The translations under genes and the position numbers were made by a program. From positions 62,250,001-62,314,000 of the forward strand of contig NW_024704742.1 of the NCBI RefSeq assembly GCF_018977255.1: DNA of 64,000 nt, written 5' to 3'. Source of the DNA: Callorhinchus milii. Its lineage: Eukaryota. The notes below the pieces were generated by a model, which saw only the letters and a list, made by a program, of their open reading frames with translations, made no database searches and was not told where the DNA came from. Shown here in pieces: positions 1 through 13,000 of this stretch. The first letter of the stretch is position 1. Each line of letters begins with the position of its first letter.

Positions 1-1714
1 CATTACACGTGATGGCTAACTTTTTGTAGTTAGATCATGATATGAAAACACTTTTTTAATAATAAAACAATTAAAATGGTGGAACATTTTTGTTGTATGT
101 ACTTATTTGGTAGTTAGGATCCTGAAATACTGCTATGTTGCAGTAGTATGGTCGTCCATACCTTTCTTCAAATACTACCTCTTCGTCCACATGTATGGTC
201 ACCTCCCTTGCTTGGCGTCCAGCAATGCCAATCTCAAGTGCTCCAAGATGTTATCTTATCAGCAGATCCAAGAAGGAATTAATGGAAGACCTAATCTAGT
301 TATTTGTTGAAGAAAATAAATTAACTTGAGTACAAATTATGATTTTTATATGCAAAGAATATGATTTAAAATTTCTGTCTTGCATTTTAGCTTTGAAGAG
401 GTTTAAGTTGGATTTTACTACACTTGACACTATTCACTTTACCTCAGTTTACACTTCAATTGACTACACCATGGCAACTGCTTAAGGCCAGTAGCGGATT
501 CAAATTTTTGCAATGAGTGCCTGGCAATAGACAGACATGGCCAAGTCTTATTGCCTTCCATTGTTGCATGACTGCTGTGTATAGACGGTTCTCTAACCTA
601 GCCCAGGGATCAATTGTGAAGGAATTGCTAGTTGTCAAATGCCCAAATTTGATTTTTTTTTACTTGTATCAATACACAAGACTAAAGGATCTTAACTCCT
701 ATCTCCAGGGAGGACAGAATCGAGCATAAATAGGCTTGGACCTTATAGAGCTGTACATTTTTAAACAGGATTTAAAAAAGACTAAACGCAGATAAATACT
801 TTAGGATGTCTCAAGATGGAAGAAGAGATGTAGGTTTAGAGTTTTGAAGAGTAATTTCAGAACCAGTACCAGAAATTTTTATTTTATGCAAGGGGTGATC
901 AACAACTCGGAACAGGTTGTCAGGAAAGGTGATAAGAGGCCAGGACACTGGACTTGTTTTGAAAAGTGGTTTGATGCAGTGATGGGGAAATGGTGTACTG
1001 AGTTAGGTGTACTGAGATTGGATAGGCCGAAGGACTTTCTTCATCCAGACCTACTTGTGACCTTGTGAAACATTTAGAAGAATGCCATCTGTCAAACTTG
1101 AATATTGCTGTCTTTTTTTTTGGTGGGGGGGAGAGGAATGTCAGGTTCCACAAAACTTCCTAGCATTGATCATGTAAAGAGCTGAGTTTCAGGTTAGTCT
1201 GCTGGGCCATTATTAATAATACTTACATTTGATACAGTGATACATCTCTAAAAGTGCTTCAAGGAATATACTATAAAGGGAACTGACTATTTTGTGGGCA
1301 AAACTAGGATAGTGATAATACTAATTGTATTTTTAACGGATTATAGCCAAACTGGTAAGCATTTTTTTGCAGATGCTCTTTAACCTCTTTTAACCTGCTG
1401 TGGATTTCCAGCATTCAGATTTATTTCAGACAGTCATTTTTTTCCCAAAGTGGAACCCCTTTTTCCACAGAATGAACAGCATTAATTAATACCAGTACCA
1501 TTGAGGTTTCTGGTGTCCAGATAACTGTATCATCTCTCGCATCACGTATCAGGAACTCCTGTACTGCAGTCACCATCTTGAACTGTGTGTCATTCTCTGA
1601 TTAGGTCACTGGTGACTGATACACAGTGCAATAGGCATTGGTTAAGGACCTGAGGAGGACATTAAGAAAGACTTGTTTATTTGAATTAACTAACTATTGG
1701 GACTGCCAGAATAT

Positions 1715-2120
1715 CATCAAGTTGGCTCAGTGGTTGGACTCTCTCCTGAGTCACAGTGTTGCAGGTTCACTCCCCATATCAGGACTTGGAATCAATCTCA
1801 GATGACAATGCAGTGCTGAGGGGGTGTTGATTTTGGGATGAGATGTTAAACCGAGGTCCCATCTGCCCATTCAGGTGGATGTTAAAGATCCCATGGCACT
1901 ACTCCAAAAGAAGGGAGGGGGGTTTCTCCCAGTGTCCTGGCCAACAAACCCCAAATAAAATTGGTCACATGCCATGGCGGTTTGTGGAACACTGCTGTGC
2001 ACAATCGGCTACTGCGTTTCACCCCAAAATGCACAGTCCATCTACAATACAGTATATCCTGTGAAGCGCTTTGAGACATCTCGACAACGTGATAAGGTGC
2101 TATATCAAACGCTATTATAA
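1715..2120 (+). mobile_element. Deu-domain SINE (AmnSINE1/SacSINE1-like), near full length
   Basis: tRNA-like head (ttggctcagtgg...ggttca), Deu-like core gatgagatgttaaaccgaggtccc...taaagatcccatggcac...gtgtcctggccaa, L2-like tail. Confidence 0.7.
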
Positions 2121-2219
2121 TAGTGAAAGTTGCTGAGGTCAGACTGCCAGTATGATGGCACAGGATTTGTGAAAATGTTTACCTCAAAATGATTCACAGG
2201 AGTTTGAGAAGACAATCTT

Positions 2220-3918
2220 TTCTATACAGCTCCAGCTCTTTATTTGAGGTAAAATATCAAATTTGATTTTGTTTCATATTGTTGGTGCACCAATCAGAAA
2301 TGTGATCACGTATGTTTTAGTTAATTGTATTCTGCTTTATAATAACTAACAAAACAAGAGATAGTTTACCTTGCATTTTGAGAACTAAAGCACAATTCTT
2401 AATTCCCAAATTTTATTCCATTAAAATACCCCCAAATTGTACAATTTGTACAGAAATTGATATTTGTGAAAATCTGTATTTACAATAAATCAACAGTTTG
2501 CTTAACTGACAAAAATAGGAAAGTAAAACATATTCAATCACAAACGAAGTATGTTGACAGATAATTTTGAGCCCCCTATCCAGTCATTTACAAATAGCAG
2601 CTGGTGAAGCACAGTATGAACATTAGAGCTTCTGGGTGGAAGTTCATGGCAATACAAATCAACATGATAGTGGTTGAGATACCTTTATTAAAAAAACATA
2701 ACTTATTTTCCCTGCAATCAATTGCTGCATTCAACTATTAAGTTAAATACCTTTATCCCTACGAACTTTCAAGTACATAATAGAAAAATATTTTTCAATA
2801 AGGCACAGATTTAATCAAGATCAGCTAATTTCCCATGTTCCTTTGTCTAACAAGTATTGGGAACACTTGATAATTTGAAGTTTGTTCACAGTCTTTAGGG
2901 TTAAACAAATGTTGCACTCATTAACTAGTATCAGTTAATTTAGTTAATTACTGCAATAAAGTCGGGTGGTTATAAAGCAGCGTAAAGCTTTCAGGTGTTC
3001 ACTATATAACAGCAAAGCACGTAGATTTGAAACATTTTTGTGGCATATCATTTAAGGAAGATAATAGTAGAAATGTTGATCAGATTCAGAGTTCAATAAA
3101 TCAGGTTAGGGCTGGAACAGAATGATGCACAATGCTGGAAAGCTACAGGTGGGACTCAACAAAAACATCCTCAGAGCTAGAAGATTCTGATTCATTAGAA
3201 CCTATTAAATGAATTTGATTCATAACATTAAAACAGCTCAAACCACTGTAAGCAACATTACTTTGAAGCACAGTGATTGTTATGCAGGCAAACACACCAG
3301 CAATACCTCAGAAATAAATTCATAAATGAAATTGGATGGGAGAGAAACATTGGCCAGAACTCCCGAATCTTTGAAATAGTGCAAAACCATGAGATCTGAC
3401 ATCCACTTAAACACACGTTGGTTTAACATCTCACCTGTAGGTTTCTGTGTCTGAACGTGTAAAAATAGGAAAAACAATGGAAAAAATATCACTGAAACTA
3501 TTTTGTGGCTGTTACAAAGAATATACAAATTACAACCAAAGTTCAATATCCAGCGCTCATCCAGTCGGGAAAGTAGATAATCCTGAAAAAATCATACCTA
3601 ACTGAAACAAACCTATTAAGAAAAAGCTACCATTTTTTAGCGCCCCTGAGTGTAATCCCAAAAGAGTAGAGTTGTATCTTACTACTAAGATACAACACAT
3701 CTTAAGATGACTGAAGAATAAGTTGTAAACATCTAAGAATTTTTAAGGTAACAAACTTTTATAATTGCATGGTTGACTAGAATGTTACATTATCACAGTT
3801 TACTTAGATCCTTCAAAAGGAAAAGGGTGTCAAAAATATTTACATTCTTTGAGCTGTACATAATTTGTTTGCAGCAATATACAGATTATTTTTGATCTTG
3901 TACATATAGGACATGGTT
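2220..3918 (-). other. GALNT7: Probable GALNT7 3'UTR with several candidate AATAAA signals
   Basis: AT-rich, nearly TE-free stretch after the stop; minus-strand AATAAA at 2684-2689, 2412-2417 and 2239-2244; true 3' end not determinable. Confidence 0.6.
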
Positions 3919-4056
3919 CTATACTGCTAAAATGTTATTCATCTCCCATTTTTGTGTTGTTTTTGCAGAGTCACAGTCAGCTATGAAGACCTGGTGAAGA
4001 ACTTCAGAGCGGTCCAAGCACTTGCCAGTAGAAATGTGCGTGAATCTGTTCATGGC
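3919..4056 (-). CDS. GALNT7: GALNT7 exon 12 coding part (138 nt incl. TAG)
   Basis: tttcag|GCC ATG AAC ... [54 protein letters not shown]. Confidence 0.95.
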   Translation of the reverse strand, partial: AMNRFTHISTGKCLDRSEVLHQVFIADCDSAKTTQKWEMNNILAV

Positions 4057-7000
4057 CTGAAAGAAAAAGTGCAGAAATTTTTAAAAACTCAATCTAAGTC
4101 AGATTGAGTAATAATAATCATATTATTATTAGAGTAATAATAATAATCCTTGCATCACATCATTGAGGCTTCTCAAAGCGCTTCATAGAATATACTGGAA
4201 AGTGAATTGACTGTATATTTTGTGGGCGAAATTGAATAAACAAATCAGCTTCAGGCCAGTATTTGAAAAAGGTCTGTTGCAGGTAGCAATTAATATATAC
4301 AGTGCAACAACAACAAATGACATTTGTATAGTGCCTTTCACATCAGGAGGACAGCCCAAGGCGCCGTACAGTCATTATAATGTGTCTTGTTAGTGCACAA
4401 GTCCACTTTAATTGTGCTACACCTCTAGATTCCACCATTGACATTCTGGCTTCCTGCTTACATTCAAAGGAAGGAAGTCTGTTCACGCAGGAATGTGGCT
4501 AGTTTACACTGAAAGTTGGAAATATCAGTAGGGACCTGGAAGCGGGACTGGTGGTCATTTTCTTTTCATTAACCAGTTATAATGCAATTTAATTTTATGG
4601 ACCCAAAACACTGTGTTACGACAGGATTGTCCTGCAGATGTAACCTCAATTGCAAGTCAATTAAACGCAAACTCAATGAAAGAAAATAAAATGTGAATTT
4701 CTTTTTTGTACCCCTAATCATCCAGATTATGCATTTTCATACTAGTCATGCATTTTCAGAATTTCAAAAACAAATTGCATTTATATAACGCCCTTCACTC
4801 AGGAGGATATCACAAGGTTCTGGACAGTGAGAGTTTGCACACAAACTGGGGGTGGAGGTGTGGTGGGGTTGGGAAGATGACTGAAAGTGTGCTCAAAGAG
4901 GAAGGTTTTGAGACGACCTTCAAGAAGGTGAGGGATGGAGTTCCAGAAAGTGGGATCAGAAAGCTCGTGATGGTGGGACAGGTAGGGGGGAAACGGAACA
5001 GGTCAGTTCCTAACAAGCAGGGGGAGCGGGCAGGTTGGTAAGGTTTCAGAAGGTCATAGAAGTAGGATGGGGCAAGACCATGAAGAGATTTAAAAATGAG
5101 GATGAGGTTCTTGAACTCGATCCTCTGGGGCTGAGGAGCAATTAAAGCCGGGCAAGAATGGGGATGATAGGCTTTCAGAGCCTGGTGAGGGAGAAGACAA
5201 AAGCTGCAGAGTTCTGAATAATCTGCAGCTTGTGGTAGGAAATGTTGGGAAGTCCTGCAAGCAGAGTGTTGGCATAGTCAAGCCTGGGTGTGATAAAAAC
5301 ATGGATAAGGTCTCAAAATTTCAGTGCATATTAACAGCAAAAACAGTATTCAACAGTAATTTACCTTGAAGTATTGCCATTCTTTATATACATTCATGTT
5401 ACAATGTGCAATCATAACTTTTGATCCATCAGGTCCTTTCAATAGACACTGATCGTACTGCATCAATTGATTAGCTTCATTAATTCGAAACAGCTGAAAA
5501 AATAATATATATACATATTAAACATTTAATTCATTTGGAGGGTTATTTTACACACTATACCACTTTGACTAACACTACCAAACCACTGCTTAATTTACAA
5601 ATATTTCCATTGGTTATGGAAATTTTCTAAGCCTTAAAAATCTAAAAAAGCCAAGAACAGTAACCCTGTTTATTGTTTATGAGTGATCAACAGCTACTCC
5701 CTTACAGCCTAGACACTAGAGGAGACCAACACCTCAATGTGGAGGTGAATGAAACTGTGACAGTAGAGCATCCCCCAAAAACTGAGGCCCCAAATCCTAG
5801 CTGGTCTTACATCTTAAGACAATGTCTTAAGGTTGGAGCTATTTCAGTCCACAGGCATCCACAGAACAAGTTGCAAAGATTAAAACCATGTACTAGTACT
5901 AGATATTGGGGATGCCACAAGCCACTCTGTAAGATTTGGTTATATACTCTGATGGAGTGAGAATGGTTGAGAAACAAATGTTGCATAGTTTATTTGATTA
6001 TATGAAAGATAAATAAACTGATAATGTGAAGTCAAGGCCTCTGGGTTTTATTTAACTACTTGAACAAATGACTAAAACAGATTTGCTGAGAAGGTACAGG
6101 TTCTAAGTTTGCTGGAGAAAAGGATTCTGCACACAACAACTTTCCTTTTTGAGGTGCTGATGATATTCCAATTTATATTGTAATCAATAATCAATGAAAA
6201 TAATCTTCAATTGTTTGGAAGCATACCTTGTGTCAATTTAATATTAAAAGATTTAATATTAATAGTACTGTACTGCTTTGTAACTATTTGGGTGTCAGTA
6301 CAGAAGCCCTCTCGCCTCCGAATCAGAAGGATTGGGACATTTGAGCTCATAATCTATGCTGATGCTCCAAAGCAAGGAGAGAGAGGTTGGAGGTGCCATT
6401 ATTTGGATGAGAGATTAAAATTGGGGTTTCATCTGTTTGTCTGTTGAACATCCTGTGGCACTTTTCAAGAAGAGAAGGGAGTTTCTCCCAGTGTCCTGGC
6501 CAACAATCCCTCAGATAACATTGGCTTCATGGCTGTTTATAATAATTCTTGCATTTGATATAGCGTTTTTCACGTCTTCTCGACGGCTCAAAGCGCTTCA
6601 CAGAATAGACTTTGTGGGCTGTTTGTGGGATACTGCTGTGCAAAAATTGGCTGCCTTGAGAAGCTACAAATACACAAGCACTACCTTTTATAGTAAAATC
6701 ATCTGAAGCTCTTTGAGAGGTCTCGATAACGTAATAAGGCACCAAACCAAAAGCAAGGATTATTTATTGTATTATTAGCCACTTTATATTTTAATAGGTT
6801 CCTCAAACTTCTGGGTACTCCCATGTGAAAGGCACTATAAAAATGTAATTTGCTGTTGTTGTGGTCTTTAGTATAATCATAATCCAAATGCTGTCTTTAT
6901 CCTTTAGGCCATCCAAAGAGCTACCAACTTTCACTTTTGAAGAATAGGAAGAAAATAATATTTATTTCATTTGAATGGAAGACCCAACTGACAGTGAGAA

Positions 7001-10000
7001 AGAATAATTGGCGATTGGTATTCAAAGGGAAGAAATAATTTTCTTTGTTTTGAATTTGATGTCAATTCAGTGACTAATCAAGAAAAGAGGGAGTTTAATC
7101 CTGCGTCTGTACCTGTGCATCTGACCTGGGTATGAAAGGTGTGGACTCTTGTGTCATAAATAAAATTTCATTCTCCAGCAATAACATCTCCCAAATTAAA
7201 CTCAAAATTAAAAATAATTGATTTGTTTTATAACATGTTACTGAAACACTTGCGCTTAGAAAGTATAACAACGTTACCTGGTTTCCTCCCATTCTGTGGC
7301 AAGGTCCCAGCTCAACAAATCCACCATTGGTATGGCCCATACTGTCTATGCAGTAATCAGATTCGAAACCTCTGATCTGAAATGCAAGGAAAATAAATTA
7401 TAAATTTGTAAACATTACACCAATAAATGCACTATTTGAAGAGAATACTGCATTTCACAATAAAGCCCTCAAATAGATTCATAGAATCTTACAGCACAGA
7501 AGGAGGCCATTTGACTCATCGTGTCTGTGCTGGCTCTTTGAAAGATCTATCCAACGAGTCCCATTACCCCGTTCTTATCCCATACCCCTGCAAAGTTTTC
7601 CTCTTTAAGTACGTATCTAATTCCATTTTGAAAGCTACTATCTAATCTGCTCTTACCACCCTTTCAGGCAGTGCATTCCAGACCGTAACAATTCTTTGGG
7701 TAAAACAATTTCTCCTCGTCTCCCTTCTGATTCTTTTGCCAATTATCTTGAACCAATGTCCCCTGGTTACTGACCCACCCGCCAGAGGAAACAGTTTCTC
7801 CCTCCATACTCAATCAAAACCCCTCATAATTTCTCTGCTCTAATGAGAATAATCCCAGCCTTTCTAGTCTTTCTACATAATTGAAGTCTCTCATCCTTGG
7901 TATCATTCTTGTAAATCTCCCTTGCACCCTCTCCAAAGCCTTGACATTATTCAAAATCTAGTGCCCAGAATTGGACACAATACTCCAGCAGAGGCCTAAC
8001 GTGTGATTTGTAAAGGTTCAACATAACTTCCTTACTTTTATACTCTGTGCCTCTACTTATAAAGCCAAGGTTCCTATATGCTTTTTTTAACAGCCTTGTC
8101 AACTTGTCCTGCACCTTCAAGGATGTGCATGCGTATGTGAATCCCCAGATCTCTCAGTTCCTGCCCCCCTTTAAAATTGTACCATTTATCTTATATTACC
8201 TCTGCTCACTCCCCCCCCCCCAAAAAATGCATCACTTCACATTTCTCTGCATTAAATTCTATCTGCCATGTGTCTGCCTGTTTCACCAGCCTGTCTACGT
8301 CCTCCAGCAGACTGCTACAATCCTCCTCATTGTTTACTACGTTTCCAAGTTTTGTGTCATCTGCAAACTTTAACATTTTGCTCTCTGTACAACAACAACA
8401 ATTTATATTTTTATAGCGCCTTTCGCGTCAGGAGGATGTCCCAAGGTGCTGGACAGTCAGCGATCTGCACCTGAGCTAGTGGTTGGGATCAGGAGGGGTG
8501 GAGGGCAGGGAGCATAGAGGTAGGAGGGTGACCGAAGGCAGGATCAAAGAGAAGGGTCTTGAGGAGGCAACTGGAGCGCGGGGGGAGGGAGGGGCGCGGT
8601 GAAGGAACTGTGGGATGGAGTTCCAGAGGGTGGGGGCAGAAAGGCCGAAGATCCGCCCACCAATGGTGGGATGGGCAAAGTGGGGGACGAGAAGATGGCT
8701 GGAGCCTGCTGAGTGGAGGGAGCGGGCAGGTTGGTAGGGATTTAAGAGGTCATGGAGGTAGGCAGGAGCAAGGCCGTGGAGGGCTTTGAAGGTGAGGACC
8801 AGGATCCTTTGAGTGATGGGAAGCCAGTGAGCTGGGCGAGGATGGGAATGATAGGGTCGCGGAGCCTGGTGCAGGAGAGGACACGAGCTGCAGAGTTCTG
8901 GTTGATCTGCAACCTATGAAGGGAGAAGTCAATGTCATTAATATATATTTAAAAAAGCATTGGTCCTAATACTGACCTCTCGAGGACACCAATGTATACT
9001 TGCCTTCAGTCTGAAAAACAAACGTTCACCACTACTCTCTGATTTCTGTTTCCCAGCCAATTTTGGATCCATGCTGCCACTGTTCCTTTCATCCCATGGG
9101 CTACACTTTTGCTAACTAGTCTATTATATGGCACTTCTTCAAATGCCTTTTGAAAGTACATATCGACAACATCAACTGCTCTACCTTCATTAACCCTCTC
9201 CATTACTTCATCGAAGAACTCAATCAAAATGATGGCCTTTTCTCAATCATCACGTTCCTATATTGTATTTTAAAATAAGCAAAAAACAATCTCCAATAAA
9301 TTGCCACTATTATTTGTTTACAAAGCTGGGTGGGTGCTACACCATGCTTTTCTTTGAACAAAAAATTAGCCTAACACACAGTGCCTACACTTTACAAAAG
9401 AACTGAGAAATTTCAATGTGTTGAGGTGATATATCAAATGCAAGGATTATTATTATTTTTAAAACAAAAATTGAGAGATCACATGAGAACAAATACATTT
9501 CTAGCATAAATTCATGCACTCAAGTAACACTATCAAAATTCTGAACACTGATCAACATATGTTCCCCAGATTTGAAAAAAATCAAATAACTTGGATAAGG
9601 AAAACAACTTATTGCATTTGTTTCCTTCATTCCCAATTTTGAATAAAGCTCATGAAAATCCTGGACAGAGAGCTAAGCACCATGGATAAGAGGTACAGTG
9701 GCGTTTAATTACAAGAAACAATAGTAGTAAGTTGATTTCCTGGCGTTTATGCTGTTTTAGTATTTAACTGGCATTACAGGTTCAACCAGAATTCAACTCC
9801 ACTGTGCTTTGCAAGAGTGCAAATTCTATCTCAATGCCGGTATCACACATAATCAACTAGGAGATCTGCAGTTTGTACAATTTTTGCACTGTTTGAATCA
9901 GTTTGTTTAAGCTTCAGTGAACTTTTACTCTGTGATAAAAGGTTTAAGTAATATTGCTTCAAAATTACTGACAAAGTGACAAATCCATTATTCCTTCTAC

Positions 10001-13000
10001 CTTGAATATCACTATTCAACATTTACCTCTCCCCATTCCATATTTTTAGGTGGCAATGGATAATGATCTGGAATATCATAAGCTATTTCTTCCATGAACC
10101 ATTTAAAACTCTTGCAGTTGTGCTCTTCGCGAAACTTTTTCAGCTCAGATATATCTCCATAAGCCAGGGCCTTTGTTTCTGGACGACTTGCATAGAAATA
10201 GTCTTTGTAATCATCCCACCACACTTCTACAACACGGACATAATTCTGTAAAGAATAATTGAAATTCTTCATTAATATAAGCAGAGAACATTTGAACAAC
10301 TGCATAACCTGAATGTGAAGCAAATAAAGTAAAGTAATTCAGCTTAAAAACTGCTCAGGTTACAGAAATGAAAGCCACATGATAGAAAAAATCACAATCT
10401 ATTAAAAATGTAAATGTAATCACATAAGAGGAAGAAAGAGCAGAACAGAGACTGGAAGAGTACAAGAGTGATTATAATTGAAAGAACATGTGAGCTAGTC
10501 ACATTATATTCAATGTTCATGTGGTTGAGCCAATAATCTCTTTCAGACCCACAGATTGTAGAATGAAGGACTGGAATTTCCTTAGCAAGAAAAATTGCAA
10601 CATAAATTTAAGTTGAAGGTTGGAGTGAAAGCTACCCCATCATGAGGCACGCTAAATCAGTAGTTTACTGTTGCATCCAAAAATGATTTACCCCCTTTAT
10701 AATGAACTCCTCATTCAAGGTCAAAAATGTGGCTGAGTTTTCCACAAGATGTCTGACAGAACAATGATCCAGAGTTTGTTTCACTTAATCCAACAACATT
10801 ACATTTGGGAGGACGTCCCAAGGCTCTGAACAACTAGTGTTTCAGACCCGAGCTGGGGGTCGGGATTGGAGAGGGTGGTGGGCAGAAGGGGAAGGAGGGT
10901 GACCGAAGGCATGGTCGAAGGGGAGGGTCTTGAAGGAGGCAAGGGAGAGTGTGAACCCGAGGGACTGTGGGATGGAATTCTCCAGTGTCAGATGATGCAA
11001 AGAAGGATATCTAGGAGATCATGCTAACAAGTTAATCTAAAAAGACTCCACACAGCCTCATATTAAGAACTACTAAGATATCTTCTTGTGGCTCTCGAGC
11101 AGATAAGGGCTAAAACCTGCCTCAGGGCATTAGAACCCTGTGGTATTCCAATGCAGGCTGTCTAAAGTTACTGGAAACTGGGTACCAGAAAGTGCCTGCG
11201 AGGTTCCTGGTGGTCAACACAGCTTAGAATGAAATGTGTGAGAGCATTGTCACCATCTTCCTGTCTGCAGGTTGGATACACATATCATTGAGTGATGGTT
11301 CCACCAATTCGAGGTGCAGAGGCTTAAGCAGCAGCTGATTACCTCTCTGTGGGACAAGCAAGGTGGATTCCAGGCGCTCAATAAACAAACGTGTTCATGA
11401 ACTTGGATGCTAGGTGGCGCTTTCCAGCAGGTGTTGCCCCAAGCCTCAGTTTCCTCGTAGGTTATCTGGCGGGCATCTGCCTTCAGCATGTGGGAGGACC
11501 TTTACAGGACAGCTTGTGACAGGCTAGCCACCTTGATGTTCTTGAGGTCCAAATCCAATACCAGACATAACAGGTTTACTCAGCACCAATTGTTTAATCC
11601 AGGTCCTCATGTGAGGGGCCTTGGCAAATAGACGTACCCACTGTGAAGCTGCCTCCGCCTCCAGGGCGATTAGCAACAGGTCAGTGCAGATTGCTGTACA
11701 TGCAAGGATTAGTATTATTTATTCATTAAGCCAACTGAAGCTCTGTGCAATATGAAGAACCAGCAATGTACAGCATTGTTCCTTTGTATTTCTTGGGGGA
11801 TCAAAGTGCCACGTACTCTCACTGGGAGAATCGGACCCTTCTAGCTATTGTATGAAACCGCTCTTATTCTCTATCTTGCTCTGGGATAGAGCTTTGGGAC
11901 GACGCCCAGCGTGGAGGGCGCTATATAAATGCAAGTTGTTGTATCTACAATTCAGCATTCTTCCCATGGCACACACAGCTCTTATGGCAATGGGATTGAC
12001 ATACTTCTATCAAAAGTTGAAGAGAACATTCAGGTAATACTCCCTTTGATTTATCTTCCACCTTCTGCAATTTTCTTCCAATTCATCTCCTCTTGGGGAA
12101 GCAATTGAGTTTACTTGGTGTTTCCCACATTAATATGGATGGAATTAGGAATTCAATGGAATGGAGCCAGTGAAACTTGTGTCACATGTGGTGTTTGCTA
12201 TAAGTTCCTTTATACACACATTTAAGAATTGGCACAGCATCAGAACTGGCAATCACCTTTTCTATCATCGATATAAGGTACCCCAATACAACATCTCTCA
12301 TAAAGAGAGCATAAATATTACAATGCTTGTTATATTGTACAGAGAATTCGAATGTTAACATATCTTATGTTATTTATCGGTCATATCTTAAATAAAACTC
12401 CAAATGTAAATATAGGGATAATAATAATGTTGTGTGCTTAAATAGATACAGACCTTCAACGTTGGGGATGAGCCAATGTGAGCAGGTGGTGGGTTTCCGC
12501 CCCACCCATGCAAACGATATATGTGACCAACACGAGAGCAAGGCACAAACAACAGTTTCCCTCCACATTGCCAAATCTACACAGACAGGAAACAAAACAC
12601 AGCAATTTTTATTGAAGCTTAAAATTGTTTATTTTTGTAAACAATTATAAAACTCCAATGCAGATTTTAAAGGATTAACTTTTGATAAGTTTCTTAATAA
12701 ATTTATCCTGAAAAATAATTAATTCTGTTATAATATACACATCTAAGACAAACCAACCTAACTCCTAATCTTCATAATGTCCTGAACTGTTAGCTATTGG
12801 GTAAAAAGAAAAATCAAATCAGGAGCCACAAAGAGGGGCTGAATATGAATCTTCGTAGTTAAGGGAACTCACTTTGCCACCGCTTTGCTATCTTCCCTTC
12901 TCCAATGTACACTGTTCTGTACTTATAAAAGTTTACCATCCATAATCTGAACCAGTGTCAAACTTGGAAGAATCATCTAGAGCAGGATGGTCCAACCTTT

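Noticed and set aside
11230..11700. GC-richer patches with weak RTE-LINE resemblance (also ~45330-45600)
   Set aside because: Too degraded to assign by eye; no exon signature.
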